A stretch of 62,820 bases of DNA, the filler included, from Chiloscyllium plagiosum (lineage: Eukaryota): NCBI RefSeq assembly GCF_004010195.1. It is 3 parts of one record of this genome, joined end to end, with 100 filler letters (N's around TTAATTAATTAA, not from the genome) between each part and the next. Parts side by side here need not be neighbours in the genome. Positions count along the whole stretch, not along the records: positions 42,394 to 62,820 come from NC_057715.1; 2 more parts are not named here. One strand, written 5' to 3'. A program made the translations under genes and the position numbers. Positions 51,176 to 62,820 of the stretch are shown one piece after another. Numbering within the stretch: position 1 is the first letter of the stretch; each line of letters begins with the position of its first letter. The notes under the pieces were generated by a model, which ran no database searches, had not been told where the DNA came from, and saw nothing but the letters and a program-made list of their open reading frames with translations.

Positions 51176-52165
51176 TTTTATTTTTTTTCCTGTTTATATT
51201 TATTTTATTAAACAAATTACAAAAACAGTTTACAACAAACAGTTACATTTACAGCTGCATACAAGAGACAGCAATTTTACAAGGGAGAGGAGCAGCAAAG
51301 CCAGGCCCCAAACCCTACCGTTCAAACAGTTTACAGGGACATGAGGACAAACCTCAAATCCCAGTTTCACGTAAAGATATAAAGAGACAACAGCAATGAC
51401 AGTTGTACATTAGACAGTACTGTTACATACAAAAGTGCAGAGAATACAGACTCAGCAAGCCCCCGCCCCTCCCACCTTCCGACCACTAAGGAAGCCCGCC
51501 CCTACCCACCTTCCGGTTCTCGCTCCACCCCATGCCCCTTCCAGTCCTCGGTCNNNNNNNNNNNNNNNNNNNNNNNNNNNNNNNNNNNNNNNNNNNNNNN
51601 NNNNNNNNNNNNNNNNNNNNNNNNNNNNNNNNNNNNNNNNNNNNNNNNNNNNNNNNNNNNNNNNNNNNNNNNNNNNNNNNNNNNNNNNNNNNNNNNNNNN
51701 NNNNNNNNNNNNNNNNNNNNNNNNNNNNNNNNNNNNNNNNNNNNNNNNNNNNNNNNNNNNNNNNNNNNNNNNNNNNNNNNNNNNNNNNNNNNNNNNNNNN
51801 NNNNNNNNNNNNNNNNNNNNNNNNNNNNNNNNNNNNNNNNNNNNNNNNNNNNNNNNNNNNNNNNNNNNNNNNNNNNNNNNNNNNNNNNNNNNNNNNNNNN
51901 NNNNNNNNNNNNNNNNNNNNNNNNNNNNNNNNNNNNNNNNNNNNNNNNNNNNNNNNNNNNNNNNNNNNNNNNNNNNNNNNNNNNNNNNNNNNNNNNNNNG
52001 AGGAGGACAAACCTCAAATCCCAGTTCCACATGTGACAAGACAGTGACAATGACATTTATACATTAGACAATACCATTACATACAAAAGTGCAGACAATA
52101 CAGACCCAACAAGCCCCCGCCCCTACCCACCTTCTGGTTCTCGGTCCACCCCATGCCCCTTCCAG
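51176..52165 (-). mobile_element. Two tandem copies (gap between) of the same non-LTR family
   Basis: 16-bp TSD ttgatagcccatttta at 51160-51175 and 52166-52181. The 3' end reads ...aataaaataaatataaacagg followed by an A-rich tail. Confidence 0.75.
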
Positions 52166-53498
52166 TTGATAGCCCATTTTACACTGGGGTCCTCATCTTC
52201 TCCATTGGATAGCTGATTAATTTGCAATCAGCCCATTTTGCTCATTTGCATTCGGGCCAATTTGCACTATTGGTAAATCTATATAACCATTCTGTATTCC
52301 TGTAGACTCATTTATGTAATACGATTCATTGGTGAAAAGCACATAGTCAGCATAGTTACCAGAGCACAAACTGGATTCAGTAAATGAAACCAGTGAAATA
52401 CATTGATTGAAACTTTATTTGGAGGGTTTCTGTAATTTTAAAAATTCGTTCATAGGAAATGGGTATCTGTAATGAGATTAACATTTATTATCCATCCTTA
52501 AATGCCCTGTAAAAGGTGCTATGAGTTGCCTTCTGGAAACTCTACAGCTCTTGGAATTCCGACATACAGTGCTGTTAGGAAGTGAGTTCCAGCATTTTAA
52601 CCTAGTAATAATGAAGGAACAGTGATGTAGCTTGAGACAGAGATGTGTGCGGCTTGGATTTATATCTCAACATCTGTACAGAAGAAAACACTTGTAAATG
52701 CTGATGGCAATTGGCAGGAATAACACAATGGAGCAATATAGAAACACAATAAGTTTTGAAAAGAATCTGGTTATGAGGCAAGAGCTATGTGTGAACAATA
52801 GTTATTTGCATACGATTGTGGTTATAAATAAAACATTGAAAATAAAGTGGCAGTATCAAATCAAAATGAAATAACATTTCCTAAATTTAAAACAATTACA
52901 TATTAATTCACATCTGAAATGGATAAATAGGCTCATATTTTAATTACATTTTAATTAGCCAGTCACATATGAAGCATTAAGGTGTATAATATTTCTTGCA
53001 TTTGTTTTGCTATTTTTATTTCAGGTTCCCAGCATTCACAGTTTTCCTTTTTATGCAGGTTAAAATGAAAATTTTCACTACTTTCATATTCTGAGATGGT
53101 GAAATTTGACTGCAGTGGTAACACAATACAGGCAATAATAAATTGCAGACTCTCTATCACACCCTACCCAATTTTATTTCTCAGTGAGGTTATTTCGGAA
53201 AAGAAAATTGGATATGTTGGAAAACAAGCAGACAATTTGATTGTGCCCCTATGCGCCCATGGCAAAGTTGAATTTTACCCATAAGTCACCAGCTGAATGA
53301 AATAATACAAATCTGAGTAATAATGATCCTGTGCAATGAAATCAAGTGAATTTGTATCGTAGTGAAGCTGATTGTGGCCAGGAACACCCATTATGAATAT
53401 TTAGATATCACAAGCAAATTAACCAGAATTTTGAGCATTTTACTTTTAAACCTGCTGTATGGATCTGACTCAATGAAATAGATCAGGTATAATACAGC

Positions 53499-53805
53499 TT
53501 AGTGGTTAACATTATGGCCTCATAGCACCAGGGACCAGTTGATTCCAGCTTTGGGTAACTGTCTGCATGTTCTCCTTCTGTCTGCATGGGTTTCTATTGG
53601 GTCCTCTGGTTTCCTCCCACAGTCCAAATATATGCAGGTTAGGTGGGTTGGTCATGTTAGCTTGCCTGTAGTGTCCAGGATTGTGGAGGCTAGATGATAA
53701 ATATGGGGTAACGAGGATGGGACAGTGGGATGGGAGGCTCTTCAGAGGTTTGGTGCAATTTTGATGGGTCAAATTGCCTTTATCTGCACTGTAGTGATTC
53801 TATGA
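53499..53805 (+). mobile_element. HE1-type V-SINE, degenerate
   Basis: V-domain and tail homology. Confidence 0.7.
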
Positions 53806-55663
53806 ATGTTTATTTGCGCTCTCTGGTACAGGAAAGATGTTGTTAAACTTGAAAGGGAGAAGAAAAGATTTATAAGGATGTTGCTGGGGTTGGAGGGTTT
53901 GAGCCATTGGGAGAGACTAAATAGTTTGGGGTTGTTTTCCCTGGAGCGGGATAACCTTATTGAGGTTTATAGAATCATGAAGGGCAAGGATAGGGTGAAT
54001 AGCCATAGCATTTTTCTCAGGATAGGGGAGTCCAAAACTAGACGACATATGTTTAATCAGAAATGGAAAGATTTGAATCTCCTTAGTCAGAAATATTGAG
54101 CTGCCAATCTTACCCATCCTTTAGCCAAGTCTCAATCATAGCTATGCAAGCATATTCCCATGTGCTTACCTCTACCTCAGCTCATCTGTGTTATCCTTCA
54201 GGCTCCTTGCATGAAAATAGATCTATTTCGATTTGCTAGACTGAGTCTGCAAAGAGGAAGCCTCAAAACAATCTGTCTCCCTCCTGTGAGCAGATACCAG
54301 AAAATGTCCTGTGATAACTAATTGTCTTCCATTAACCTTTCTCTGCAAATACTCTGTAGAATGGAAGTATAAAATGAAAGTATACAAACAATTTTGTGGC
54401 AAAGCAAACAGTTAAAAAGGAAAGGAAGAAAAAGAAACCAACTCATCAGATCTTGTGGTCCAGATGGGTGCTTTTAATCTGTCTTCCCCTAATTTCTTTT
54501 CCTTTTTCACCCCTAATATTGATGTCTTTGTGAAGGGGAGACTTAAGAAGGAATACAGTTTAATTTATATCGAATAATAAATTAGCAACATATGCTTCCT
54601 TATTACAATTGGTTAAAGATAATATGGTCATAACAAACAATTGTTTTCTTGTTAAGTACAGAAACCTGGTGAATGTTTTAACCTGGGTTTGTTAGTTAGG
54701 AAAATTGGACATTTTAGATAGTTTGACTAAATCTTGTCACATTTGTGACAATAGTGGAAATAGTTTGATTTCCAGTATGCCACCTCTGTGAGATGTGACA
54801 CCTAACACTAAATGTTGGTTACCTTTAATCAGTCAACAAGTTTCATCAGCATCATTCAATGCTCCACTAAAAGCAAGGAATTAAGATAAACATAGCACAA
54901 TCCATGCAGGGGAAAACGGAAAGGGAGAAAAGCAAACAAAACATCAAACAAATATGTTTCTAAAGCTGAAAGAAACAGTGATCTATAGAAAAAGAAATGA
55001 TGGATTGAAAAAAACAGGTATTGGTGGAAAAGAGCACACTCCTCCCACAGAAGGAAAATTGGTAGAAGCTGACAGACTGTGATGAGCCTGCCTTGCAGCC
55101 ATAACATGTTTCAGGGACTAAACTAGTGCAGAGTGGGACAGGCAGCTAAACTACTGCAGTGTGGCAGGACGTCCCAACATATGGATCAGTCATCCAATCT
55201 GATCAGTCACCAACTCTAAGAGACCCAGGATCACCAGAGCACCATAGTATGACACTGCTAAGACTGCAACTAGTCTCAGCATGAAGGCCCCAATGAATTC
55301 CAGACCCAGGTCAGACATTGGGCAAGGAGGTTTGGGGGCCATAAGGAGGAGGTTGGAGGAGTCAGTTTTGAAGTCCAAGTTGGGAGGAAGGAATGGGTGG
55401 TACTATTTACTGTGAAGGTGTCACATCCAATGATAGTGCCCACTTCCTTTCCACCCTTATAATTTTTTTTAAAGTAGGTTGCTCATTCCCACCTGCCTGC
55501 CTATGCCTTCCATTTTGTGATAATATTGGTGTCAATTGAAGTTTTAACAGGCTGAATTATCTGTCATGATTTATCTCCATATAGTTGTAGGCTGATGATT
55601 GTGGTTCTGGATTAGTGGTGCTGGAAGAGCACAGCAGTTCAGGCAGCATCCAAGGAGCAGCGA

Positions 55664-55699
55664 AATCGACGTTTCGGGCAAAAGCCCTTCATCAGGAAT
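55664..55699 (-). ncRNA. Minimal hammerhead ribozyme motif in a family A pLTR (element about 55598-55699)
   Basis: Minus strand attc-CTGATGA-A-GGGC-TTTT-GCCC-GAAAC-GTC-gatt. Confidence 0.72.
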
Positions 55700-58033
55700 C
55701 ACACTGGTCCCATATTATGGGGTGAGTTCAGAAGTGGGTGAGAAGGTGCTGAGCTGCATGACACATCCCTTTGCCATCCTCTGCTGAAAATATATCCGTG
55801 GGAGACATACAAAGATTGGGCCATGAAGAAATACAGCCTGTGAACAATCAAACTTTAAAACGTCACCTGTGGTGTCTAGTTCAAAATTACTTTATTCTCT
55901 GTTTGACATATGTTTACACATATCTGGACAAATGTGGTGCAGATCAGTGCTATTACCCTTTCATTCCACCTCCTCCCCAAAGTGGGTTAACAATGAAATT
56001 CTCATGTTAAATTGCCAGTATTTTATTGAAAACATCATGGACATACTTTTGGACAACCTATCTGTAGGTTATTCACAGCCAGACAAGATTCCTAAAATGA
56101 TTGACCGTAAAATACCTTTGCATGTTTTGAAAAATATTCATCTGATAAAAGAACACCCATAAAAGTAAGATGCTTGTGTATATATATAGAGAGAGAGAGA
56201 GAGAAAAAAAAACAGTCATCAAAGAGCAAAACTTTCCAGGCATTTCATTAAGTCTTTCTGAAATACAAAATCTATTTTCAAAATTCTTTTGCACAATTTT
56301 ATTGGTAGGAGAGATGAGGACTCAAGGGCACAGCTTTAGAGTGAAGGGAAGACCTTTTAGAGCCGAGATGAGGAAAGATTTCTTCAGCCAGAGAGTGAAT
56401 CTATGGAATTCACTGCCACAGAAGGCTGTGGAGGTTAGGTCATTGAATATTTTTAAGATGGAGATAGATAGGCTTTTGATTGTCAAAGAGATCAAGGGTT
56501 ATTGGGGAGAAAGCATGACAATGGAGTTGACAAACTTATCAGTCATGATTGAATGGCAGAGAACACTTAATGGGCCGAATGCCCCAATTTCTGCTCCTTT
56601 GTCTTACGGTCTTCTAATTTTACAAAATGTTGTTTAAGTGCTTCTTCAATAATAAAATCAATTTGTACAGGGCATGTTTACTTTTTATTTAATACATATA
56701 AATATATTTATAAATTTGCAATTGCTATATACCTACCACTTCCATAACATATTTTACAACAAAATTCTACCTGCAACATATTTTTATCTATTTCCAACAG
56801 TCTTGTTGCTTCAAGCATTTCAAAAATTAAAATCATTGCAGTGATTACAAGCGGCGCAAATATCTAAATGTCCTAAAAACTCCTCCAGCCTTTAATACCG
56901 CATAAAAGTTGTCAATCACTAAACCACAGAGGTATACTGATGGAAGAAAAATAATTCTATACAGCATTCATATTTCAAGAATCAGGGAGATAACTGCCTC
57001 AACAGTGGGATAAGACCAGATTATTAGAAAAATACATTAAATTGTCATGTTTGTCAATGACCTAGATAAAAACTTCACCAGCCTTTCTTTCCTAAGGAGT
57101 GCATATCATAATACATTTCCTCAGTGACAGTCTTATTGGTCCTGAGATACTGCCCACAGGTTACCAGGCCTCATTTCAAATCTCCGACAGCAATACCTGT
57201 CATTTCATGCTTCATCATGATTTGAGATGTTCAACAGAAACTGAGGTCACTCTGTATATGGAAATCACTGTCTGCAGGGCAAAAAAATTAAAAAAGGTGA
57301 TACGCGGGCTAGATTGCTGCTTTAACCTTGCTGGCCTTGGCAAATATGGTACAGCTTGATACATTATACCAGCAGGAATTATTTATCAGGAGGTACAAAC
57401 TCGATATGTCAGGAAATAATGAGATGGTCTGACTCCAGCTGAAACTTTATGGTCCATAGAGCACTAAATTATGAATTCAGGGATTTTCAGTCATTCTACA
57501 CAATAGATATTTTCCATAGTGTATGAAGCACCAGTATTTAGCATTCTTGGTTCAAGTATGAGACAGGTCCAGAGATCAGTGAAGGTCTACCCTTTCCCTA
57601 GAACAGCAGCACAGGTAAGTCAGGATTTTTACTTGAATTTGTTAAAAGTTAGCTTTTTGATTTAAATACCAACTAAACCAAGGTTGCAGCTTTTTCTTTT
57701 CAAAATGCAGCTCATCCCCATTTGTTTAAAATTTGAAAAATACACAGTCTATGACACTCTCCAGATATAGTGGTAGTAATTAAGGTTTGTATGGACAAGG
57801 AATAGGACCAGGCTCCATTTTAATCCTTAAGACTGCCCCACTATTTAACATGGGTGACCTGAGTGCAGGAGCAGAGACAGAGGCAAAGTCAAGCAGTGTT
57901 ATACAGTGGAATTAGATGTTCTGAGTGTTGCAGTGAGTTTGAGGTTGAATGCTCAATTCAGAATCAAATGTGACATCAAGATTGTAAGACACTGACTTGA
58001 TCTCAGGCTACTGGTAGGGAAAACATTGGAGTT

Positions 58034-58494
58034 TTCCTGAAGAAGGGCTTATGCCCAAAACGTTGATTCTCCTGCTCCTTGGATGCTGCCTGACCTGCTG
58101 CGCTTTTCCAGCAACACATTTTTGGGCGGCACGGTGGCACAGTGGTTAGCACTGCTGCCTCACAGCGCCTGAGACCCGGGTTCAATTCCCGCCTCAGGCG
58201 ACTGACTGTGTGGAGTTTGCACGTTCTCCCCGTGTCTGCGTGGGTTTCCTCCTGGTGCTCCGGTTTCCTCCCACAGTCCAAAAAGATGTGCAGGGTCAGG
58301 TGAATTGGCCATGCTAAATTGCCCGTAGTGTTAGGTAAGGGGTAAATGTAGGGGTATGGGTGGGTTTCGCTTCGGCGGGTCGGTGTGGACTTGTTGGGCC
58401 GAAGGGCCTGTTTCCACACTGTAATGTAATCTAATCTAATCTAATCTAATTTTTCAGCTCTGATCTCCAGCATCTGCAGTCCTCACTTTCTTCT
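58034..58494 (+). mobile_element. Penelope-like family A pLTR split by an HE1 SINE
   Basis: Begins at ttcctgaagaagggc; 14-bp TSD aaaacattggagtt at 58020-58033 and 58495-58508. Confidence 0.8.
58124..58450 (+). mobile_element. HE1-type V-SINE, young
   Basis: Full length, nested in a Penelope pLTR. Confidence 0.9.
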
Positions 58495-58852
58495 AAAACA
58501 TTGGAGTTGGTTACCTTACCAAGGGCCGCCTCATGAAAGGGCAAGGAGGATATGGAAATACAAAATGGCCATGGACCCCCAAGTCGAGGTAAAGCACTTT
58601 ACTTGACACAAGTTAACACTTCACATTTCATAAAAGCACACAGATGGAAACCAATTTTCTGATGTCCAGTAGTGATACCAACAAAAAGCTATAATTTTAT
58701 GAAAAAAAGAACATTCGATTGTTTTCTGGTCAATCTTCTTAACAAGGTTTCTGAGGCTTTTAACTGGCAGAGAGCAGATTTCCTATTCCCTCCTCACTGC
58801 AGTCCCAATGAAAAACTGTCCCTGAGGCAGCAAGATCCAGTGCCTTATTTTT

Positions 58853-59165
58853 AATCATGGGATGTGAATGTCACTGGCCAGGCCAGTAGCAATTTCTGAA
58901 CCCTAACTGCCTAGTGTCAACCACATTGCTATGGTTCTGGAGTCACATGTAGGCCAGTTGGGTAAGGATGGCAGATTTTCTTCCCTGAAGGACATTAATG
59001 AATCAGATGGATTTTTCCAACATTTGGAAATGGTTTTATGGTCATCAGTAGATTCTAGATTTACATCATCTGCCATGGAAGGGATTTCAACCCATGTCTC
59101 CAGAACATGACATACATCTTTGAATTAATAGTCTAATGATAACACCATTTGACCATTTCCTTCTC
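58853..59165 (-). mobile_element. Second tRNA-derived SINE family
   Basis: Same core as 10400-10660. Confidence 0.7.
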
Positions 59166-59419
59166 CGGTGATATTCCTCACAGTCAGTTATAACTTTAAG
59201 AGATGCAGTGTCAATATACCTTTAAGATACAGGCTTATAACATCATTGCATTATAGCATGTATCAAGTTGACAGAGTCCACATTAATTGGCACCACTTGA
59301 AACATGACTGATGGAATTGTGCTCTTTTTTCCAACTAAATAGCCTAACGCAAGTCCATTTGCTGGGAGATGATGGCTTAGTGGTATTGTCACTAGACTAG
59401 TAATCCAGAATACCAGAGA

Positions 59420-59600
59420 TGGCATGGTGACTCAGTGGTTAGCACAGTTGCCTCCCAGCACCAGGGACTCAGGTTCAATTTCAGCCTTGGGTGATTGTCT
59501 ATGTGGAGTTTGCACATTCCCCCGTGTCTGCATGGGTTTCCTCCGGATGCTCTGGTTTCCTCCCACAGTCCAAAGATGTGCTGGTTATATGGTGTTCGGG
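59420..59600 (+). mobile_element. HE1-type V-SINE, 3'-truncated
   Basis: Head and V domain. Confidence 0.75.
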
Positions 59601-59871
59601 GATGTATAGATTAGGTGCATCTCCCTCCCTGATATACTCAATCTGCAGCTCTATAACTCTGAGCTAATTTTCCTGCAGCAGCCAACACTTATGATAGATG
59701 TGTTAACCCTGAATACATGGCATCTAGAAGCTTCCATATCACCTGTCTTGCCATTTTTAAATGTGTCACTTAATTAATAACTGCTAATATATCCTACACC
59801 TCCCAAGGTATTTTAAAGCTGCCAGTAAACTTTACAATACTGATGAAACAATACAGATGGAACAATACAGA

Positions 59872-60562
59872 TTTGAATTGATTTGATTTATTGTAGTCAC
59901 ATGTACTGAGGTACAGTGAAAAGCTCTTGTTTTGCGAGCAGCACAGGCAGATCATAGCAAACAGGGCATACAGATTATAGGGTGCTTTGACAGATCAGCA
60001 AAGTCAGGAGTCACACAGGTGATGAAGGGACGGTGATCTGAAAGTTTGTGATTTCAAATAAACCTGTTGGACTATAACCTTGTGTCGTGTGACTTCTGAC
60101 CTTGTCCACCCCAATTCAACACCAGCATCCGCACATCATACAACAAAACATTCAAGGTTCCAGCTGCACAAGAGGTGCGCAAAGCAAGATCAACATTATT
60201 TGAATATAGAGAGGTCCATTCAACAGTCTAATAACTGCAGGAAAGGAGCTGTTTTTGAACCTGTTTTCGCATGTGTTCAGGCTTCTGTATCCTCTGCTGG
60301 AAGAAGAAATTGGAAGAGAGCATTACCAGGATGGGAGGAGTGTTGATAATGTTGGCAGCTTTTCCATGGCAACAAGAAACGTAAATGGAGTCCATGGATG
60401 GGAGGTTGGCTTTTGTGATGGTCTGGGCTGTGCACACAACTTTCCATTGTTTCTTACGGTCCTGGACAGAGCAGTAGCCATACCAGGCCATTATGCACTA
60501 GGATAGAATGTTTTCTATGGTGCACCTGTAAAAATTGGGGAGGGTTCTTTGGGATATGCCAA
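59872..60562 (-). mobile_element. Rex1/Babar-type LINE 3' fragment (with a family B insertion at about 60018-60140)
   Basis: FYRCTIENILS, AWYG.CS.QDRKK..KVV..AQ.IT...LPS...IY. Confidence 0.75.
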
Positions 60563-61577
60563 ATACAATATTTACAATGCTGACAAGGCCTACAATTCTA
60601 ATAGTACCAGTTCCTGATTTACTCGCCCCTCCTGCTGCATAATTTTGGAAATAAATGCTGAAAACTGAAAAGGAAATTGTAGTAGAAAAATCCCTCCTCT
60701 CCACCCTTCACTGAACACTTCACTCAGCACACTTCACTTCTTGCATTAAACTTAATGAAGACACTTCTTTCCTCCTATTGAGTGAAATCACACTTTGAAC
60801 CAAAGTCCCAGATATACTTACTCAGCCTCTGGTCCACTCGGGCAAAATCTCCCTCACACTTGCTGTGCACTTTAAAATCTATTTTCATATATTGAATTAT
60901 GATCTATCATTCTCTTGCTGAGCATCCTGCTACAGCAATCAGCATCTCCTACCCCCTTATTCAGATAATGTGTTTCAGCTGATAGATAGATAACTGCCGC
61001 TATCAGCAGTTATTCTAATTCACTTAAAGATCTATTAGTTCAAGATCAGAACCTGACTCTTACTCTAAAATCAAAGTTGAAAATTTTTACCAGATGAATT
61101 CCCATCTTGAACCAAATTCCCAGATATACTCACTCAGCTCCAGACCCACTCAGACAAAATCTCCTTCACATTTATTATGCTCCCTTTCCGTGGAGCCATC
61201 AGCATGAAGTGAACCCCTTAACAGACAGACTTTTGATAGAGGCCTTCTTTAACCTGCATGACACCGTCTGGAATTCTGTCTGCCAGCAGCAAATGGGTAA
61301 CCTCCCACTCATAGGAGGTTGGGGTGGTGGTGTGTGGTCAGCTGTCCCATAATTTGAAGGATTGTCTCTTAATTTAACTAAATGTTAGGTATTTAACCTA
61401 CATGTTAGGTATTTAACTGCATGTTTCCTGTATTTCCAGAATGAGCTATGGGACAGTGAACCTATCAGTTTGCTCTTGCCTTTGCTTATTCTTTCATTAT
61501 CAAGAAGAGGAACTTTGATCATCCACTTTTTCCCCCTGCTTCTATGGTCTACTAGCAACACATCCATTTCTGCTCTT

Positions 61578-61920
61578 TAGAATTAGAATCCCCACAGTGA
61601 GGATACAGACGCTTCAACCCAACAAGTCCACACTTTGAAGAGTAACCCACCCAGACCCATTCCCCTACCGTGATATTTACCCCTGACTAATACACCTAGC
61701 CTACACATCCCTGAACACTATAGATAAATTAGCATGGCCAATTCACCTAACCTGCACATCTTTGAACTGTGGGAGAAAACTGGAGCACCTGGAGAAAACC
61801 CATACAGACGAAGGGAGAATGTGCAAACTCCACACAGACATAGTCATGCGAGGCTGGAATCGAACCCATGTCCCTGGCACTGTGAGGCAGCAGTGCTAAC
61901 CACTGAGCCACCATGCTACC
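61578..61920 (-). mobile_element. HE1-type V-SINE
   Basis: Full-length older copy. Confidence 0.85.
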
Positions 61921-61994
61921 CTCTTGTTTTCAATACCACCACTGTTCATTACTGAAGTGTTCTTTAGCTCTTTAGCTTATTCCACAAGAGTTGA

Positions 61995-62597
61995 TGATTT
62001 GGAGAAGCCGGTGATGGACTGGGGTGTACAAAGTTAAAAATCATACAACACCAGGTTATAGTCCAACAGGTTTAATTGGAAACACACTAGCTTTCAGAGC
62101 GTCGCTCCTTCATCAAGTGATAATGGAGGGCTCAATCCTTACACACAGAATTTATAGCAAAAATTTACAGTGTGATGTAACTGAAATTATACATTGAAAA
62201 ATTGATTGTTAAGTCTTTCATCTGTTTGAATACCATGATAGTTTCACTTCTTTCATGTGTAAATCACAAAACCTTTTTTTAAAAGTTGCATTCTCAGGTT
62301 AGCTGTTAGCAATGGATGATAGCTAGTCAATATGTTGAAGGTGTTAGCCCCCTGTGTTCTCTGTCTATGCCATGATGTTTAGATTGATTCTAATCTAAAA
62401 AGTGAGATAACGGAGTTTTACATGAATTCACGCAGTTTTTGAGCTCAGAGCTTTACATGAATGAATGCAGTTTTTGAGCAAATTACAATGTAACCCTGCA
62501 AGTACAAATTCACCCCACAAAATACATGTGTGCATGTGGGCCTTTGTCTGTCTGTGTGTGTGTCTGTCTGGGTTGGGGGTTGTGAGTGTGAGAAAGT
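61995..62597 (-). mobile_element. Longer Penelope-like family B 3' region
   Basis: Family B pLTR and hammerhead (about 62085-62120) continuing into about 480 bp of UTR-like sequence with TG repeats; interrupted by a SINE. Confidence 0.65.
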
Positions 62598-62820
62598 GGG
62601 CGGAACGGTGGCACTGCTGCCTCACAGTGCCAGAGACCCGGGTTCAATTCCCGCCTCAGGCGACTGACTGTGTGGAGTTTGCACGTTCTCCCAGTGTCTG
62701 CATGGGTTTCCTCCGGGTGCTCTGGTTTCCTCCCACAGTCCAAAGATATGCAGGTCAGGTGAATTGGCCATGCTAAATTGCCCATAGTGTTAGGTAAGGG
62801 GTAAATGTAGGGGTATGGGT
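62598..62820 (+). mobile_element. HE1-type V-SINE (runs off the window)
   Basis: Head with a short deletion, V domain. Confidence 0.88.

Noticed and set aside
51435..52067. Long ORFs of 170-210 aa
   Set aside because: They are open only because they run through N gaps; the same applies at 1229-1592.
55190..55378. Minus ORF containing IGAFM, reminiscent of the GluN3 pre-M1 region
   Set aside because: Only a five-residue match with no flanking similarity, and it lies upstream of the exon 1 fragment.
57138..57620. Splice-like signals (minus-strand segment of about 75 bp near 57198-57272; plus-strand CAG|GTAAGT near 57614)
   Set aside because: Stops in all frames or no recognisable peptide; cannot be supported without transcript data.
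58124..58200. tRNA-like sequences with A and B boxes
   Set aside because: They are SINE heads followed by the V domain and a LINE tail.

Overview
Eukaryotic, repeat-rich genomic DNA from an elasmobranch (shark or ray, inferred from HE1-type V-SINEs and their partner CR1 LINEs). The only intact host-gene pieces I can find are three consecutive + strand coding exons of the catalytic GT24 domain of UDP-glucose:glycoprotein glucosyltransferase, probably UGGT2 (4278-4460, 11311-11471, 12289-12403). I did not find its remaining 3' exons. The rest is nested transposons: CR1, L2-like and Rex/Babar LINEs, tRNA-derived SINEs, Penelope-like elements, one Gypsy element plus solo LTRs, and pogo/Tigger elements. 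There are also tandem repeats and assembly gaps, two of which contain an artificial TTAATTAATTAA linker. Four observations stand out. (1) A TA-flanked Tigger-like TIR element at 33696-34748, inserted in a CR1 LINE, carries a decayed first coding exon of an NMDA receptor GluN3 (GRIN3B-like) gene, a candidate Pack-TIR. (2) Three non-LTR insertions sit at the TATAAACAGG box of the Gypsy LTRs, and a fourth related copy elsewhere ends in that same motif, suggesting Tx1-type elements that target an LTR promoter. (3) At least three Penelope-like families carry minimal hammerhead ribozyme motifs, often in inverted pLTR pairs. (4) A 163-bp-arm palindrome lies just upstream of a UGGT exon. All homology calls are from recalled motifs, not database searches, and repeat boundaries are approximate unless a target-site duplication (TSD) is quoted.
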